Below, in pieces: positions 1 through 11,512 of a stretch of DNA of 64,000 nucleotides. Where the stretch lies: contig NC_092383.1 of assembly GCF_030028105.1 (NCBI RefSeq), positions 86,447,921 through 86,511,920 on the forward strand, written 5' to 3'. The translations under genes and the position numbers were made by a program. Every line of letters begins with the position of its first letter. Position 1 is the stretch's first letter. Under the pieces are notes generated by a model. The model did not search any database. It was not told the origin of the DNA and worked only from the letters and a program-made list of their open reading frames with translations. Source of the stretch: Mobula birostris. Taxonomy: Eukaryota.

Positions 1-519
1 ACCAACACATGTTTGTTCTCAGTTAGGCAATGGTTTATGATGTATGTCAAAGAGGCAGTCGTGGCATTATCTAGTACCTTTCTTAATTTGGTTTCAGTCG
101 GCTTCATTGCAAGGGATGTGGCATGCAATTGGTGGATGGATCTCCAATCGAGTAGCAGTTGTCTCAGCAAATGAAGTCCCCACAATGCTGGTCCTTCTGT
201 TTTTACCACATACAAGCTCAATGTGGCTCACAGTTCTGCATGTCATTCCCACAGGAGTTATCCTTTTACCAGTGTAAGTTCTCAGTTGAATATTTGCAGG
301 CTTCACTTTGGTATCTTTCAAATGCTGTTTAAACTCATTTTGTGGGATGACTGAAACAGCTGAACTAGTGCCTAATTCCATTTTACTAATTTGTCGTTTA
401 CTCCTGGTGTAAGCCACATTGCTTGTTTGTTGTTAATTTTCATACAGTAAAGCTCAAGGCTACACAGTCCTGTGTCACTCTCATCATAATCAGATTTTTC
501 ATCTACAGCATGCAGATTT

Positions 520-1979
520 GAAACATAGAAAATAGGTGCAGGAGTAGGCCATTCGGCCCTTCGACCCTGCACCGCCATTTATTATGATCATGGCTGATCA
601 TCCAACTCAGAGCCCTGCACCAGCCTTCCCTCCATACCCTCTGATCCCCCTAGCCACAAGGGCCATATCTAACTCCCTCTTAAATATAGCCAATGAACTG
701 GCCTCAACTGTTTCCTGTGGCAGAGAATTCCACAGATTCACCACTCTCTGTGTGAAGAAGTTTTTCCTAATCTCAGTCCTAAAAGGCTTCCCCTTTATCC
801 TCAAACTGTGACCCCTCGTTCTGGACTTCCCCAGCATCGGGAACAATCTTCTTGCATTTAGCCTGTCCAATCCCTTTAGGATTTTATACGTTTCAATCAG
901 ATCCCCCCTCAATCTTCTAAATTTCAACGAGTACAAGCCTAGTTCATCCAGTCTTTCTTCATATGAAAGTCCTGCCATCCCAGGGATCAATCTGGTGAAC
1001 CTTCTTTGTACTCCCTCTATGGCAAGGATGTCTTTCCTCAGATTAGGGGACCAAAACTGCACACAATACTCCAGGTGTGGTCTCAGCAAGGCCTTGCACA
1101 ACTGCAGTAGTACCTCCCTGCTCCTGTACTCGAATCCTCTCCCTATAAATGCCAGCATACCATTCGCCTTTTTCACCGCCTGCTGTACCTGCATGCCCAC
1201 TTTCAATGACTGGTGTATAATGACACCCAGGTCTCGTTGCACCTCCCCTTTTCCTAATCGGCCACCATTCAGATAATAATCTGTTTTCCTATTTTTGCCA
1301 CCAAAGTGGATAACTTCACATTTATCCACATTAAATTGAATCTGCCATGAATTTGCCCACTCACCCAACCTATCCAAGTCACCCTGCATCCTCTTAGCAT
1401 CCTCCCCTCCTCACAGCTAACACTGCCGCTCAGCTTCGTGTCATCCGCAAACTTGGAGATGCTGCATTTAATTCCCTCATCCAAGTCATTAATATATATT
1501 GTAAACAACTGGGGTCCCAGCACTGAGCCTTGCAGTACCCCACTAGTCACCGCCTGCCATTCTGAAAAGGTCCCGTTTATTCCCACTCTTTGCTTCCTGT
1601 CTGCTAACCAATTCTCTATCCACATCAATACCTTACCCCCAATACCATGTGCTTTAAGTTTGCACACTAATCTCCTGTGTGGGACCTTGTCAAAAGCCTT
1701 TTGAAAATCCAAATATACCACATCCACTGGTTCTCCCCTATCCACTCTACTAGTTACATCCTCAAAAAATTCTGAGATTCGTCAGACATGATTTTCCTTT
1801 CACAAATCCATGCTGACGTTGTCCGATGATTTCACCACTTTCCAAATGTGCTGTTATCACATCTTTGATAACTGACTCCAGCAGTTTCCCCACCACCGAC
1901 GTTAGCCTAACTGGTCTATAATTCCCTGGTTTCTCTCTCCCTTTTTTTTTTTAAAAAGTGGGGTTACATTAGCCACCCT
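520..1979 (-). mobile_element. Young 5'-truncated CR1 LINE (RT and 3' end) inserted in the gypsy element
   Basis: [26 protein letters not shown] motifs and a CR1 3' UTR. Frameshifted. Confidence 0.93.
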
Positions 1980-2124
1980 TAGTGCTTTTTCGAAGCTGCA
2001 AGTTGACTTTTTAGCTTTTTTGCTTCCTAGTACCATGCATTTATTTTTGTCTGGCTGGCAAGTTCTTTGTATGTGTCCTACTTTGTTGCACTTTCTGCAA
2101 GTTTCAGCTTTAAACCTGTATTTG

Positions 2125-2870
2125 TGTCACAATGGGGTGCTGGGAATGGACCCAAATACAAAAAACAGACACTGAAGTACAAGGAACAGGACTTGACTAG
2201 AGTAGGGACGTGACAGGATACAGACAAGGAGCAGGGACAAGAACGCAGACTAGGGCTTGGATCCCAAGCCAGAGACTGGACAAGGACCCAAAACCTGGGT
2301 CTTGTCTCGGGCTCGGGCCCCAGAACCAGGCATGGACATGACATGACTGCAGGACTGGAGGTTGGGGTCTTGAGGCTTGAGGCTTGGAGACAAGCTAGGG
2401 GTCTTGAGGCTGGAGGCTTGGAGACAGGCTAGGGGTCTTGGTCTTGAGGCTTGGAGACAGGCTTTGGGTCTTGAGGCTTGGAGACAGGCTTGGAGTCTTG
2501 GTCTTGAGGCTTGGAGACAGGCTTGGGGTCTTGGTCTTGAGGCTTGGAGACAGGCTTGGAGTCTTGGTCTTGAGGCTTGGAGACAGGCTTGGGGTGCTGG
2601 TCTTGAGGTTTGGGGTCTTGGTCTTGAAGTGAGCAGGCAGAGAGTCAGGCAAGGTATCCAGGCAGAGAGTCAGGCAAGGGGGAAAAGACAGGGAGGGGAG
2701 CAGGACAGTCCAGCAGGGAATTCCTGGTTTGTAGAAGTATTTATGTCTCAGCCCCAAAACGAGAAACATGTGACCCAAACAGAAACTGGGGAAAATCAGA
2801 AACCCTGGAACGAGGAACCATGGACCGGACCGTGAACCGGAACACGGACTTTACGGACCGGACTATGACA
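2125..2870 (+). mobile_element. Solo LTR with internal minisatellite
   Basis: TGTCA...TGACA ends, perfect 5-bp TSD ATTTG (2120-2124 and 2871-2875). Empty site in the paralog near 49418. Confidence 0.9.
2365..2630 (+). repeat. Minisatellite, 33-bp unit (GTCTTGGTCTTGAGGCTTGGAGACAGGCTTGGR) with shorter variants, about 8 copies
   Basis: Direct tandem copies visible in the sequence. Confidence 0.92.
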
Positions 2871-4034
2871 ATTTGTTTGGTGAACGTGAGCCCCTGACAC
2901 AATGGTAACACAATTTGTTCAGCCAGGCCAGTTTATGTTTGGACAATGTAATTTGTCTACACTCACTTTCATTCCTGATTGCAATTTAATTGTATCTCTG
3001 TGTGTGGTTTCCATTGAAACAGCAATTTTACCTGCTCTCTTGAATGTAAGTTGTGCTACAGTTAGGAGTCATTTGTGAATGCTTTCTTGAAAGATTCCAC
3101 AAAATAAATAATCTCTCAGTACATCTTTAAGCCTATTGTTGAGGTGACAATGGTCAGGCAATCTCTTCAATTCAGCCATGAACACTGAAGTGGGCTCCCC
3201 TTCTTTTAGATTCTGCTTATGAAACCTAAAGCTTTCTGCAACAAACAGTGGCATTGTTTCTAAATGTTCTTGAGAATATTAGCAAAGCTAATTTCTGCTG
3301 GTTTGTTTGGAGCAGTCAAACTTTGAAGCAAACTATATGCCTTTAAAGGCAAAGTACTTGGAAAAATTTGCACTCATTTCTTGATGTCTATTACATTTTC
3401 TTCAAGCTAGTGTTGAATTAGCTCAGTATACATATTCCCCTGCCATGTACATGATTTCCCAATATGTCTGAGCGGCGTGGAGGGAAATTTTCCGCCAAAT
3501 GGAAATTCCAGATGCGACCTAACAACGACGATACACATTCCAATTATCTGCTATGGAATCAGACAAGCCAATCTTTCTGATGTAGCCATCTGTGTCTGCT
3601 GTTTTAAATGATGATTATCGCCCAGTACTCACTCTTTACGAATGGATGAATTCTTCTGATATCTGACTTTTTTAATACTTGATCGTGTTCTCCCTTCAGA
3701 AGAACATGTGCTGTGCTGTTTTTTAATTAAACTTGACCATCTTTCTATGTGCTGGGCTACGATTTTTTTAACTTGCAGTGTTTTTTTTTAGTTCAAATAT
3801 TTCTCTGCGTTTCAACAGGTTGACAGCTACCTAACATTCATTTTAAAGATACGTCATCGCCAATGTATGTTTTGTAACTTCAAAACATCAAACTAATTCA
3901 AAAGGAAATACGGGAGTCGGGGAATATTCTTCACTTCATTCTTCACTTCAAGTGAGGCATGTATGTATCATGTAAATTAAATATATCTTCATTCTAGCTC
4001 ATATTTATACATGTAACCCATAATTTATTATTTT

Positions 4035-4395
4035 CACACACACACAAACACACAAGATGACTCATATAGAACCGAAATATTAAATACAGCTTCCACTAGT
4101 AGGGGAGCCAAGGACAAAAGGGCAGTCTCAGAATGGACGGACATCCCTTCAGAACAGAAATAAGGAGGAATATCCTTCATCAGAGGTGGTGAATCTGTGG
4201 AATTCATTATTACAGATGGCTGTGGAGACCAAGTCATTGGGTATATTCATTAGTGAGGGCATTAAAGCTTACAGGGAGAAGGCAGGAGAATAGAGTTTAC
4301 TGGGATAATATATCAGCTATGATAGAATGCCGAAGCAAACTTTATGGGCCAAATGGCCTTACCCTGCTCCTGTGTTTATGGCCCTATGGTCTTGA
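4035..4395 (+). mobile_element. CR1 3'-end fragment
   Basis: ggtggtgaatctgtggaattc and CR1 3' UTR ending tatggtctt. Confidence 0.7.
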
Positions 4396-4911
4396 TTCCA
4401 TCAAGAAAATCCAGGAACCTGAATGTGATCTGTTCACCATGTTTGAATTTTCATTCTCAACTAAGCCAAGAGGATAAATTAGTTATTAGCATCAACAATT
4501 TGTTAATAAGAATATTAGCTGATTGTTTATTAATTATTGAAACATACAACAACAACCTCAGGCATTTGAGTCCATAGAACAGCATTTAATAGAGTAAACT
4601 GGTCTTAAGCAGTTCACAGCCATGACAGGGTTAAAAATCGTTGCTTGCGCAATGAAAAGAAAACATTGTGAAAAGGTGCCATACAGTTGAGATCTGTGAA
4701 GGTGACATGTTGGAAATGGAATGCTAAAAAAAGTCAAAGTCCTTACGTATGGTAACATTATTTTTTCACCTTCATGAAGTTGTTAATGAATGACAAGAGA
4801 GGTTAATTCTCCACAGATGTTAAATTTGTCTATATTCTGAAAAAGTATGACTATTTCATCTTGGTGTGAAATTCCAGCAGAATCTGTGTGATCCAGAAGC
4901 CTTCACTTTAC

Positions 4912-4950
4912 CTTATAGACCAGTCTGGGAGGATCTGATTCATCGCGTCT
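4912..4950 (-). CDS. Cytoplasmic exon, gene A: RRDESDPPRLVYK
   Basis: Acceptor tttccttttgcag, donor AAG|GTAAAG, 39 nt, phase 0-0, conserved in the paralog. Confidence 0.78.
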
Positions 4951-5168
4951 CTGCAAAAGGAAATGGTCAAATCATCAGACTCATCAACACTGGGAACTCT
5001 GATTTAGAGTTGTATCTGGAGCTTGGACTCCAATATATTCACATCAAGCATTCTGCACACATAGTATGTCAACATCTTGTCAATATCATCTGCAAATAGC
5101 TTTGGATTGACCATCCTCAAATGATCAGTATATTTGAGTGCAAATTCTATTGTTTTCCATAAGCCTAC

Positions 5169-5256
5169 CTTGGTTTCCCTTGTGAACCACGTGACCGAAA
5201 TAGTGCAGATCAGGAAAGCGAAGAGCAGCCAACAACCAACCTTCCATATCATGAAA
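5169..5256 (-). CDS. Transmembrane exon, gene A: SFMIWKVGCWLLFAFLICTISVTWFTRETK
   Basis: Acceptor cccctttacgcag, donor AAG|GTAGGC, 88 nt, hydrophobic run. Confidence 0.88.
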
Positions 5257-5328
5257 CTGCGTAAAGGGGAAGAGTAACAGAACTGATGAGATACAGAAAC
5301 GAGATGGCTTTGTGTTTGAAATATTTAC

Positions 5329-5340
5329 CTCCTGTTTCCT
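5329..5340 (-). CDS. 12-nt microexon (R)GNR(S), phase 2-2
   Basis: cactaatgttacag|AGGAAACAGGAG|gtaaat. Conserved in the paralog with only a synonymous change. Confidence 0.7.
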
Positions 5341-6130
5341 CTGTAACATTAGTGGAGTGGGGTGAGGTAAATAAGCAGAGCTGGAGGAGTAAATAATGTT
5401 GACTGAATGAAAGGGAGAAAAACATCATCAGTTGGAATAAAACCATATTTTCTCGAGGCAATGGCAACATCTTGCAATGCAGTCATTCACTGATACTATT
5501 ATGGTTGTTGGAATTACAGTAGATCTGCTAGAAAATGAATCTCAGGGTTGTATAATAAATTTACCTTGATAATAAATTTACTTCGAGCTTTGAAATCATT
5601 TCTGCACTACATCCAGTTGAATAACAATTCCCTTTTTTAACAGAGTACCAGATTCTCTACTCTGACTAATACCAGAAACCTTCTTCACTATAGTGACTCC
5701 ACTTTCAAGGAACCATGTACCTGAATTCCAAGATCCCATTGTTCTTTAACACTTCCCAGGGCCCAACCAATCACTTCGAAAGTCTTACTTGATTTGTCTT
5801 TTGAAAATGCAAGACTTTGCACAATTCTGAATTAAACTCCATTTGCTATTCCTCAGCCCAAAAACTCAGCTCATCAAGATCCTCTGTAATTCTTCAAAAT
5901 CCTTTTCACCAGGGACATGAGATGTACAGGTTGGAAAGGTGACAGCAAACTTGTCCATTCTCAGAGGTGAATGAAACTAGATGACATGGATTTAGATTTG
6001 AAGCGATTGTTTTCACCCAGAGAGTGGTGGAAAAAGTGTCACAGTCAATGTTTGTGGAGTGTCTGAATGAGATCTCAAGTCACATCTCCATGGTAGGCTT
6101 TGGACCTTGTTCTGGAAGATAGGGTTTAGA

Positions 6131-6529
6131 TACATTACTGTGCAAAATACAGGTGCATTTAAAAGAATTCTGTAAAGAGACGATGCTTTCAAAAGTAATG
6201 AAATGAAAAATATTTAAATATTTAAAAATATTATAATGTGCATTAAGCAGCAATAAACTAAATCAAATCAAAGTTGGGTGTCACCACACTTTTCCTTTAA
6301 AACTACTTCAATTCTTTCGGGTACCCTGTCATGCAGTTTTATAAGAAAATCATCTGCTAGGTTGTTCCAAGTGTCTTGGAGAACTTGCCACATTTCTTTT
6401 TCAGACCTTGGCTTCTGCTTCTCCAAGCAATCACAGACAGCCTCGGTGTTGTGATCAGGACTCTGGAGATGATACCACCTGAAACTAAATAAGAATCGAA
6501 GGTGCCTAAGGCATTTGCAGTATACTGTA
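6131..6529 (-). mobile_element. Internally deleted Tc1/mariner element
   Basis: QSPD..EAV..WQVLQDTWNNL..ERIEVVLKEKCG transposase C-terminus. Degenerate TIRs with TA ends. Confidence 0.75.
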
Positions 6530-6771
6530 GATGGATGTGCAATGGAAATCCACATGGTCTTTGTCTGTGTTGTACGACTCTGGGACCAGATGAACCTGTT
6601 ACACAACAGCATTATCTGAACCCTGAAGCTTAAAGTTCAAAGTGGATTTATTACCAAAATACATATCTGTCATCATATACAACCCTGAGATTCAATTTTT
6701 TGTGGGCATACTCAGTAAATCTATAGATTAATAACCACAACAGAATGAACAGAATGACCACAACAGAACAA

Positions 6772-8196
6772 AGGTTCTGAACTTAAAGAGGGGTAACTTT
6801 GAAGGTATGAGACGTGAATTAGCTAAGTTAGACTGGCAAATGACACTTAAAGGATTGACGGTGGATATGCAATGGCAAGCATTTAAAGGTTGCATGGATG
6901 AACTACAACAATTGTTCATCCCAGTTTGGCAAAAGAATAAATCAAGGAAGGTAGTGCACCCGTGGCTGACAAGAGAAATTAGGGATAGTATCAATTCCAA
7001 AGAAGAAGCATACAAATTAGCCAGAGAAAGTGGCTCACCTGAGGACTGGGAGAAATTCAGAGTTCAGCAGAGGAGGACAAAGGGCTTAATTAGGAAGGGG
7101 AAAAAAGATTATGAGAGAAAACTGGCAGGGAACATAAAAACGGACTGTAAAAGCTTTTATAGATATGTAAAAAGGAAAAGACTGGTAAAGACAAATGTAG
7201 GTTCCCTACAGACAGAAACAGGTGAATTGATTATGGGGAGCAAGGACATGGCAGACCAATTGAATAATTACTTTGGTTCTGTCTTCACTAAGGAGGACAT
7301 AAATAATCTTCCAGAAATAGTAGGGGACAGAGGGTCCAGTGAGATGGAGGAACTGAGCGAAATACATGTTACTAGGGAAGTGGTGTTAGGTAAATTGAAG
7401 GGATTGTAGGCAGATAAATCCCCAGGGCCAGATGGTCTGCATCCTATAGTGCTTAAGGAAGTAGCCCAAGAAATAGTGGATGCATTAGTGATAATTTTTC
7501 AAAACTCGTTAGATTCTGGACTAGTTCCTGAGAGTTGGAGGGTGGCTAATGTAACCCCACTTTTTAAAAAAGGAGGGAGAGAGAAACCGGGGAATTATAG
7601 AACGGTTAGCCTAACGTCGGTGGTGGGGAAACTGCTGGAGTCAGTTATCAAAGATGTGATAACAGCACATTTGGAAAGTGGTGAAATGATCGGACAAAGT
7701 CAGCATGGATTTGTGAAAGGAAAATCATGTCTGACGAATCTCATAGAATTTTTTGAGGATGTAACTAGTAGAGTGGATAGGGGAGAACCAGTGGATGTGG
7801 TATATTTGGATTTTCAAAAGGCTTTTGACAAGGTCCCACACAGGAGATTAGTGTGCAAACTTAAAGCACACGGTATTGGGGGTAAGGTATTGATGTGGAT
7901 GGAGAATTGGTTAGCAGACAGGAAGCAAAGAGTGGGAATAAACGGGACCTTTTCAGAATGGCAGGCGGTGACTAGTGGCATACCGCAAGGCTCAGTGCTG
8001 GAACCCCAGTTGTTTACAATATATATTAATGACTTGGATGAGGGAATTAAATGCAGCATCTCCAAGTTTGCAGATGACACGAAGCTGGGTGGCAGTGTTA
8101 GCTGTGAGGAGGATGCTAAGAGGATGCAGAGTGACTTGGATAGGTTGGGTGAGTGGGCAAATTCATGGCAGATGTAATTTAATGTGTTTTTCCATT
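6772..8196 (+). mobile_element. CR1 LINE ORF2 fragment, same subfamily as 520-1979
   Basis: ORFs 6807-7409 and 7449-8177 separated by TAG. RT motifs. Truncated at both ends. Confidence 0.92.
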
Positions 8197-8496
8197 ATTC
8201 ATTCCAATAATCTACTTACAAGGTAAAAACATATATCAACTTTCATGTCAAAAGTTATTGCAGAATATTTGGAGAGATTAGTTTATCTTGAACTCCTGGG
8301 ATTAAAACATGTTGTCGAGCGTTGGTTGTACTACTGGTTGTGAAAATGAAAACAATATTCTCACAGGCATTCAGTACAAGTAAATGAAATTATAAATTTC
8401 CCCTGAATTATCTCTCATATGGCGGGGGGGGAGGCAATCATAGCACCAGCAATGAGAACATTGTACATTTAAGCAGGACTGGATCAAGTGACTTAC

Positions 8497-8542
8497 CTTG
8501 CAGTTGATACTGTTGTAAATGTTTCACATGAATATTCACGTC
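8497..8542 (-). CDS. Stalk exon S2 (phase 1 to 2): GREYSCETFTTVSTAR
   Basis: Acceptor ttccttgcctcaacag, donor AG|GTAAGT, 46 nt. Links the phase-1 C2-3 exon to the phase-2 microexon and TM. Confidence 0.85.
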
Positions 8543-8949
8543 CTGTTGAGGCAAGGAAAGAAAATTCAGTCTCGCATGTTTACCCAGTGCAGTCAAGCAA
8601 GAGTACATGATTGGCAGGTGGAAACTCATGGTTTGAGTAAAAGGCTGATTGGTTACAGGGAGGTGAGTAATTTCTGTTTCTTGTGCATATTTGAACACCT
8701 GTTGCTGGGGAAATTACAAGGCTTGAGTTGGAGGGTTTGCAAACCATAATCCTAAGCAGACAGAAGTGGAAGTTCCAGCCAGGCAATTGACATCTGCCAG
8801 CTCTGGGAGATCTGTTGTTGGGGCCACAACACCCACCGGAAAGACATACACATCTCTGCACTGAGTGTATGTGGAGATATTGGACCAAGTACAGTTGTTG
8901 ATACAACAGGATAATGCTTCTGTTCTCAATGAAAAAACAACTTGTATAA

Positions 8950-9165
8950 TGCAAGATGCTGGAGGAACTCAGCAGTTCAGGCTGCATCTATGGAAAGAAT
9001 AAACAGTCGACATTTCAGACCAAGACCTTTCTGATGAAGGATCTTTGCATGAAAAATTGACTGTATACTTCTTTGCATAGATGCTGCCTGGCCTGATGAG
9101 TTCTTCCAGCATTTTGTATATGTTGTTCTTGTTCTCCAGCATCTACAGAATCTCTTCTGTTCCTG
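8950..9165. repeat. Palindromic short element (Penelope-associated hairpin family)
   Basis: atgctggaggaactcagcag...gcatctatgg followed by its imperfect reverse complement. Confidence 0.7.
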
Positions 9166-9189
9166 TTTTAATAGTGGGATGACAAATGT

Positions 9190-9780
9190 CATTGAACATC
9201 ATAGAGTTATACAGTATGGGAACTAGCCCTTCAGCTCAATTCATCCACACTAACCAGCATGAGCTAGTCCCATTGAGTCTACTCCACCATTTCAGCACAG
9301 CTGATCCATTTCCCTTTCAACCTCGTTTTCCTGCCTTCTCCCCATTACCTTTCATGTCCTGACTAATCAAGAACTTATCAACCACAGCCATAAAGGTATC
9401 TGGTGATCTGACCTTCACCACCACCTGTGGCAACAAATTCCTGTCTCACCTCCCTCTGGCTAAAGAATTTCCTCCTCATCTCTGTTCCAAGTGGACATCA
9501 CTCTCTTTTGAGTCTGTGCCCTCTGGGTTTTGACTTTCCCACCAATGGAAACATCCTCTTCACATCCACTGTATAAAGGCCTTTCACCATTCGATCAGCT
9601 TCAATCAGACCTCCCCTCATTCTTCTAAATTCCAGTGAGTACAGGTCCTGAGCCTTCAATTGCTATTCATATGATAATCTTTTCATTCCCGGAATCGTTC
9701 TTGTGAACCTCCTTTGAACTATCTCCAATGCCAACACATCTTATTTTAGATAAAAGGCCCAGAAATACTCACAATATGGA
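9190..9780 (-). mobile_element. Old CR1 3' fragment
   Basis: Degenerate CR1 RT C-terminus and 3' UTR homology. Edges approximate. Confidence 0.65.
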
Positions 9781-10880
9781 CGTCCCTGAAAAGGACAGGC
9801 CTTCATTAATCAGAGGATTGAGATCAAGAGTTGTGAGGTAATTGTGTAATACCAGTGGTCACCATCTCCTGGCAGAATATCTATTGCAACCCTCTGCCTT
9901 CTGTAGGAAAACCAATTTCTATTATTAGAATATCTCAAATGAAGAGGCACTGTAACAAGATAAGGATCAGGTAATTTAAAATTGGATTTAAATTCACAAT
10001 CCTTAGAATCCTACACCTGGATGGTGGTGGAGGCTGGATCAGTGGGGATCTTTAAACAGAAAGTACCGTAGATATTTTTTGATAAAGATCAGGAAATGGC
10101 GAACTGTAGGAAAATGATGCAGAAGAGCTAAGAAAGCCTAGTACAGATCAGCCAAGATGATATTGAATAGTGGAGTAGTCTTGAGACACCAAACAGCCTG
10201 CTTGGTTTCTTGAGTTCAGTCCTTACACCTATTGCATGTGACTTCCATTGCTTCTTTAGCCTGTATAATTCTCTCTATTTTCCACGAAACAAACTACTGG
10301 AAACTGTTTATAAATCCAGAAGGTGTGAGTTTGGGTATTTGCTGGTTCTCAAAGATGAGAAAATCTCAGTCAGCAACTAGAAATGTCAGCAATTTAGACG
10401 CAAAGCCACCATGCACAGCAAGAGCAGGCTGCAGGCAGGAAACTCTCTGGTGAGGGACTCACTTCTCAGCTACCGAACAGGGCATGCCGTTCCCTGCAAG
10501 ATTTGTCACAATGCAGCTTAAAGAACATAACAGATGAACACTCCCACCCACTAACCCACCCCTCCACAACCCCCACCACCACTACTTTATCATTTCATGT
10601 CAGGCACCTCAGGTAGATACACTATTGTGCCTAGCAGCAATTTACTTACATACAACCAATGTATATAAACAATTTTATGTATTTATATGTATCATGTTTA
10701 TTAACGATTGTGTTCTGTACCTTATTGTTATTTTTTATGGGTGCATTAGATCTAGAGTAACAATTAGTTTGTTCTCCTTATATTTGCATATTGGAAATGA
10801 TATTAAGCAATCTTGAATCTTGAAGACGGTACATGATACTCAATCAATCTCCCTAATGATTCGCACCCTCCACCACTTAC

Positions 10881-11201
10881 CAGTGCCAGTGAACTGAATC
10901 ACAAAGCTGCAGTTGTCTCCTCTGTTGTCGATGGACACGTTCACTATTTCACTAGACTTTGCTCCATGAGTATTGGAGGCAGTGCAGTAATATTGATAGT
11001 GTTGGTGTTTGAAGGATTGACAACGTAGATCCAGTTGACTGTTTTCAGAGACTTTTGAATCCACAGATGAGATATTTTCATGCCATGTGTACTGAATGGG
11101 AAGGGATCCCTGGACAGACTCACAGGACACTGACACGGAGCCCCCAACACACACGATATTTGCAGAAGACAGATATCGAAGCACAGGAACAGACACTGGT
11201 T
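10881..11201 (-). CDS. C2-type Ig exon C2-3 (intact)
   Basis: 321 nt, phase 1-1, tttcccacag acceptor, G|GTAAGT donor. Reads EPVSVPVLRY..VSVSCESVQGSLPIQYTW..QYYCTASN..DNCSFVIQFTGT. Confidence 0.93.
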
Positions 11202-11512
11202 CTGTGGGAAAGAATCAGTCAACATATTGAAATCAATATGTGGGCATCTGAACTCCACATCAATCCCAGATGCCTGAACCCCGCGTCTGCCACTATTCCA
11301 AAACACAGCAGGAGTCCAGATCAGAACAGCAGCAATGACAGTGAGGATGTGATGTGTCAGTGTGAAAATCAGGGTACAATCTCTCACAGCTACAAGGAGA
11401 CAGTCACCACTGGTGTTTGAAAAAAAATAATGCAAGCGTTGTTTGAAGGTGATAGTTTAATGGAAACTTGTGAGACAAGCTCTTTAGCTACAATGATTGT
11501 GGCGACTCCCTG

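Larger units (their letters stand above)
1..4011 (-). mobile_element. Degenerate Ty3/gypsy LTR retrotransposon (gag, CCHC knuckle, protease) with nested insertions
   Basis: Gag-like fragment at 3069-3254. CRKCNKVGHIQRTC knuckle near 2060-2100. MELGTSSAVSVI protease-like motif in ORF 94-417. PBS-like TTGGCGATG near 3855-3864, with a short LTR about 3865-4011 (edges approximate). Confidence 0.8.

Noticed and set aside
2365-2835. CRISPR-like periodic array and repetitive ORFs (2377-2835, 2395-2778, 2438-2632)
   Set aside because: Head-to-tail minisatellite inside a solo LTR, with no unique spacers and no cas genes. The ORFs are artefacts of a 33-bp unit.
4400-4461. Terminal exon starting TTGAGAATG
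   Set aside because: The acceptor is conserved, but A and B differ by an indel within five codons and the peptides diverge. Not supportable as CDS.
5249-5470. ORF MMFFSLSFSQHYLLLQLCLF..NVTEETG as a signal peptide or longer stalk exon
   Set aside because: Ends in phase 1, incompatible with the TM acceptor. The paralog difference is non-synonymous in this frame but synonymous in the microexon frame.
8580-8987. Cys-rich ORFs as an extra Ig exon
   Set aside because: No Ig Cys/Trp spacing and no matching splice pair. The real stalk exon is at 8497-8542.
11215-11435. ILTVIAAVLIWTPAVFW as a second TM exon (homolog near 20850)
   Set aside because: No acceptor in this copy, and the homologous frame terminates early. 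It is duplicated intron sequence.
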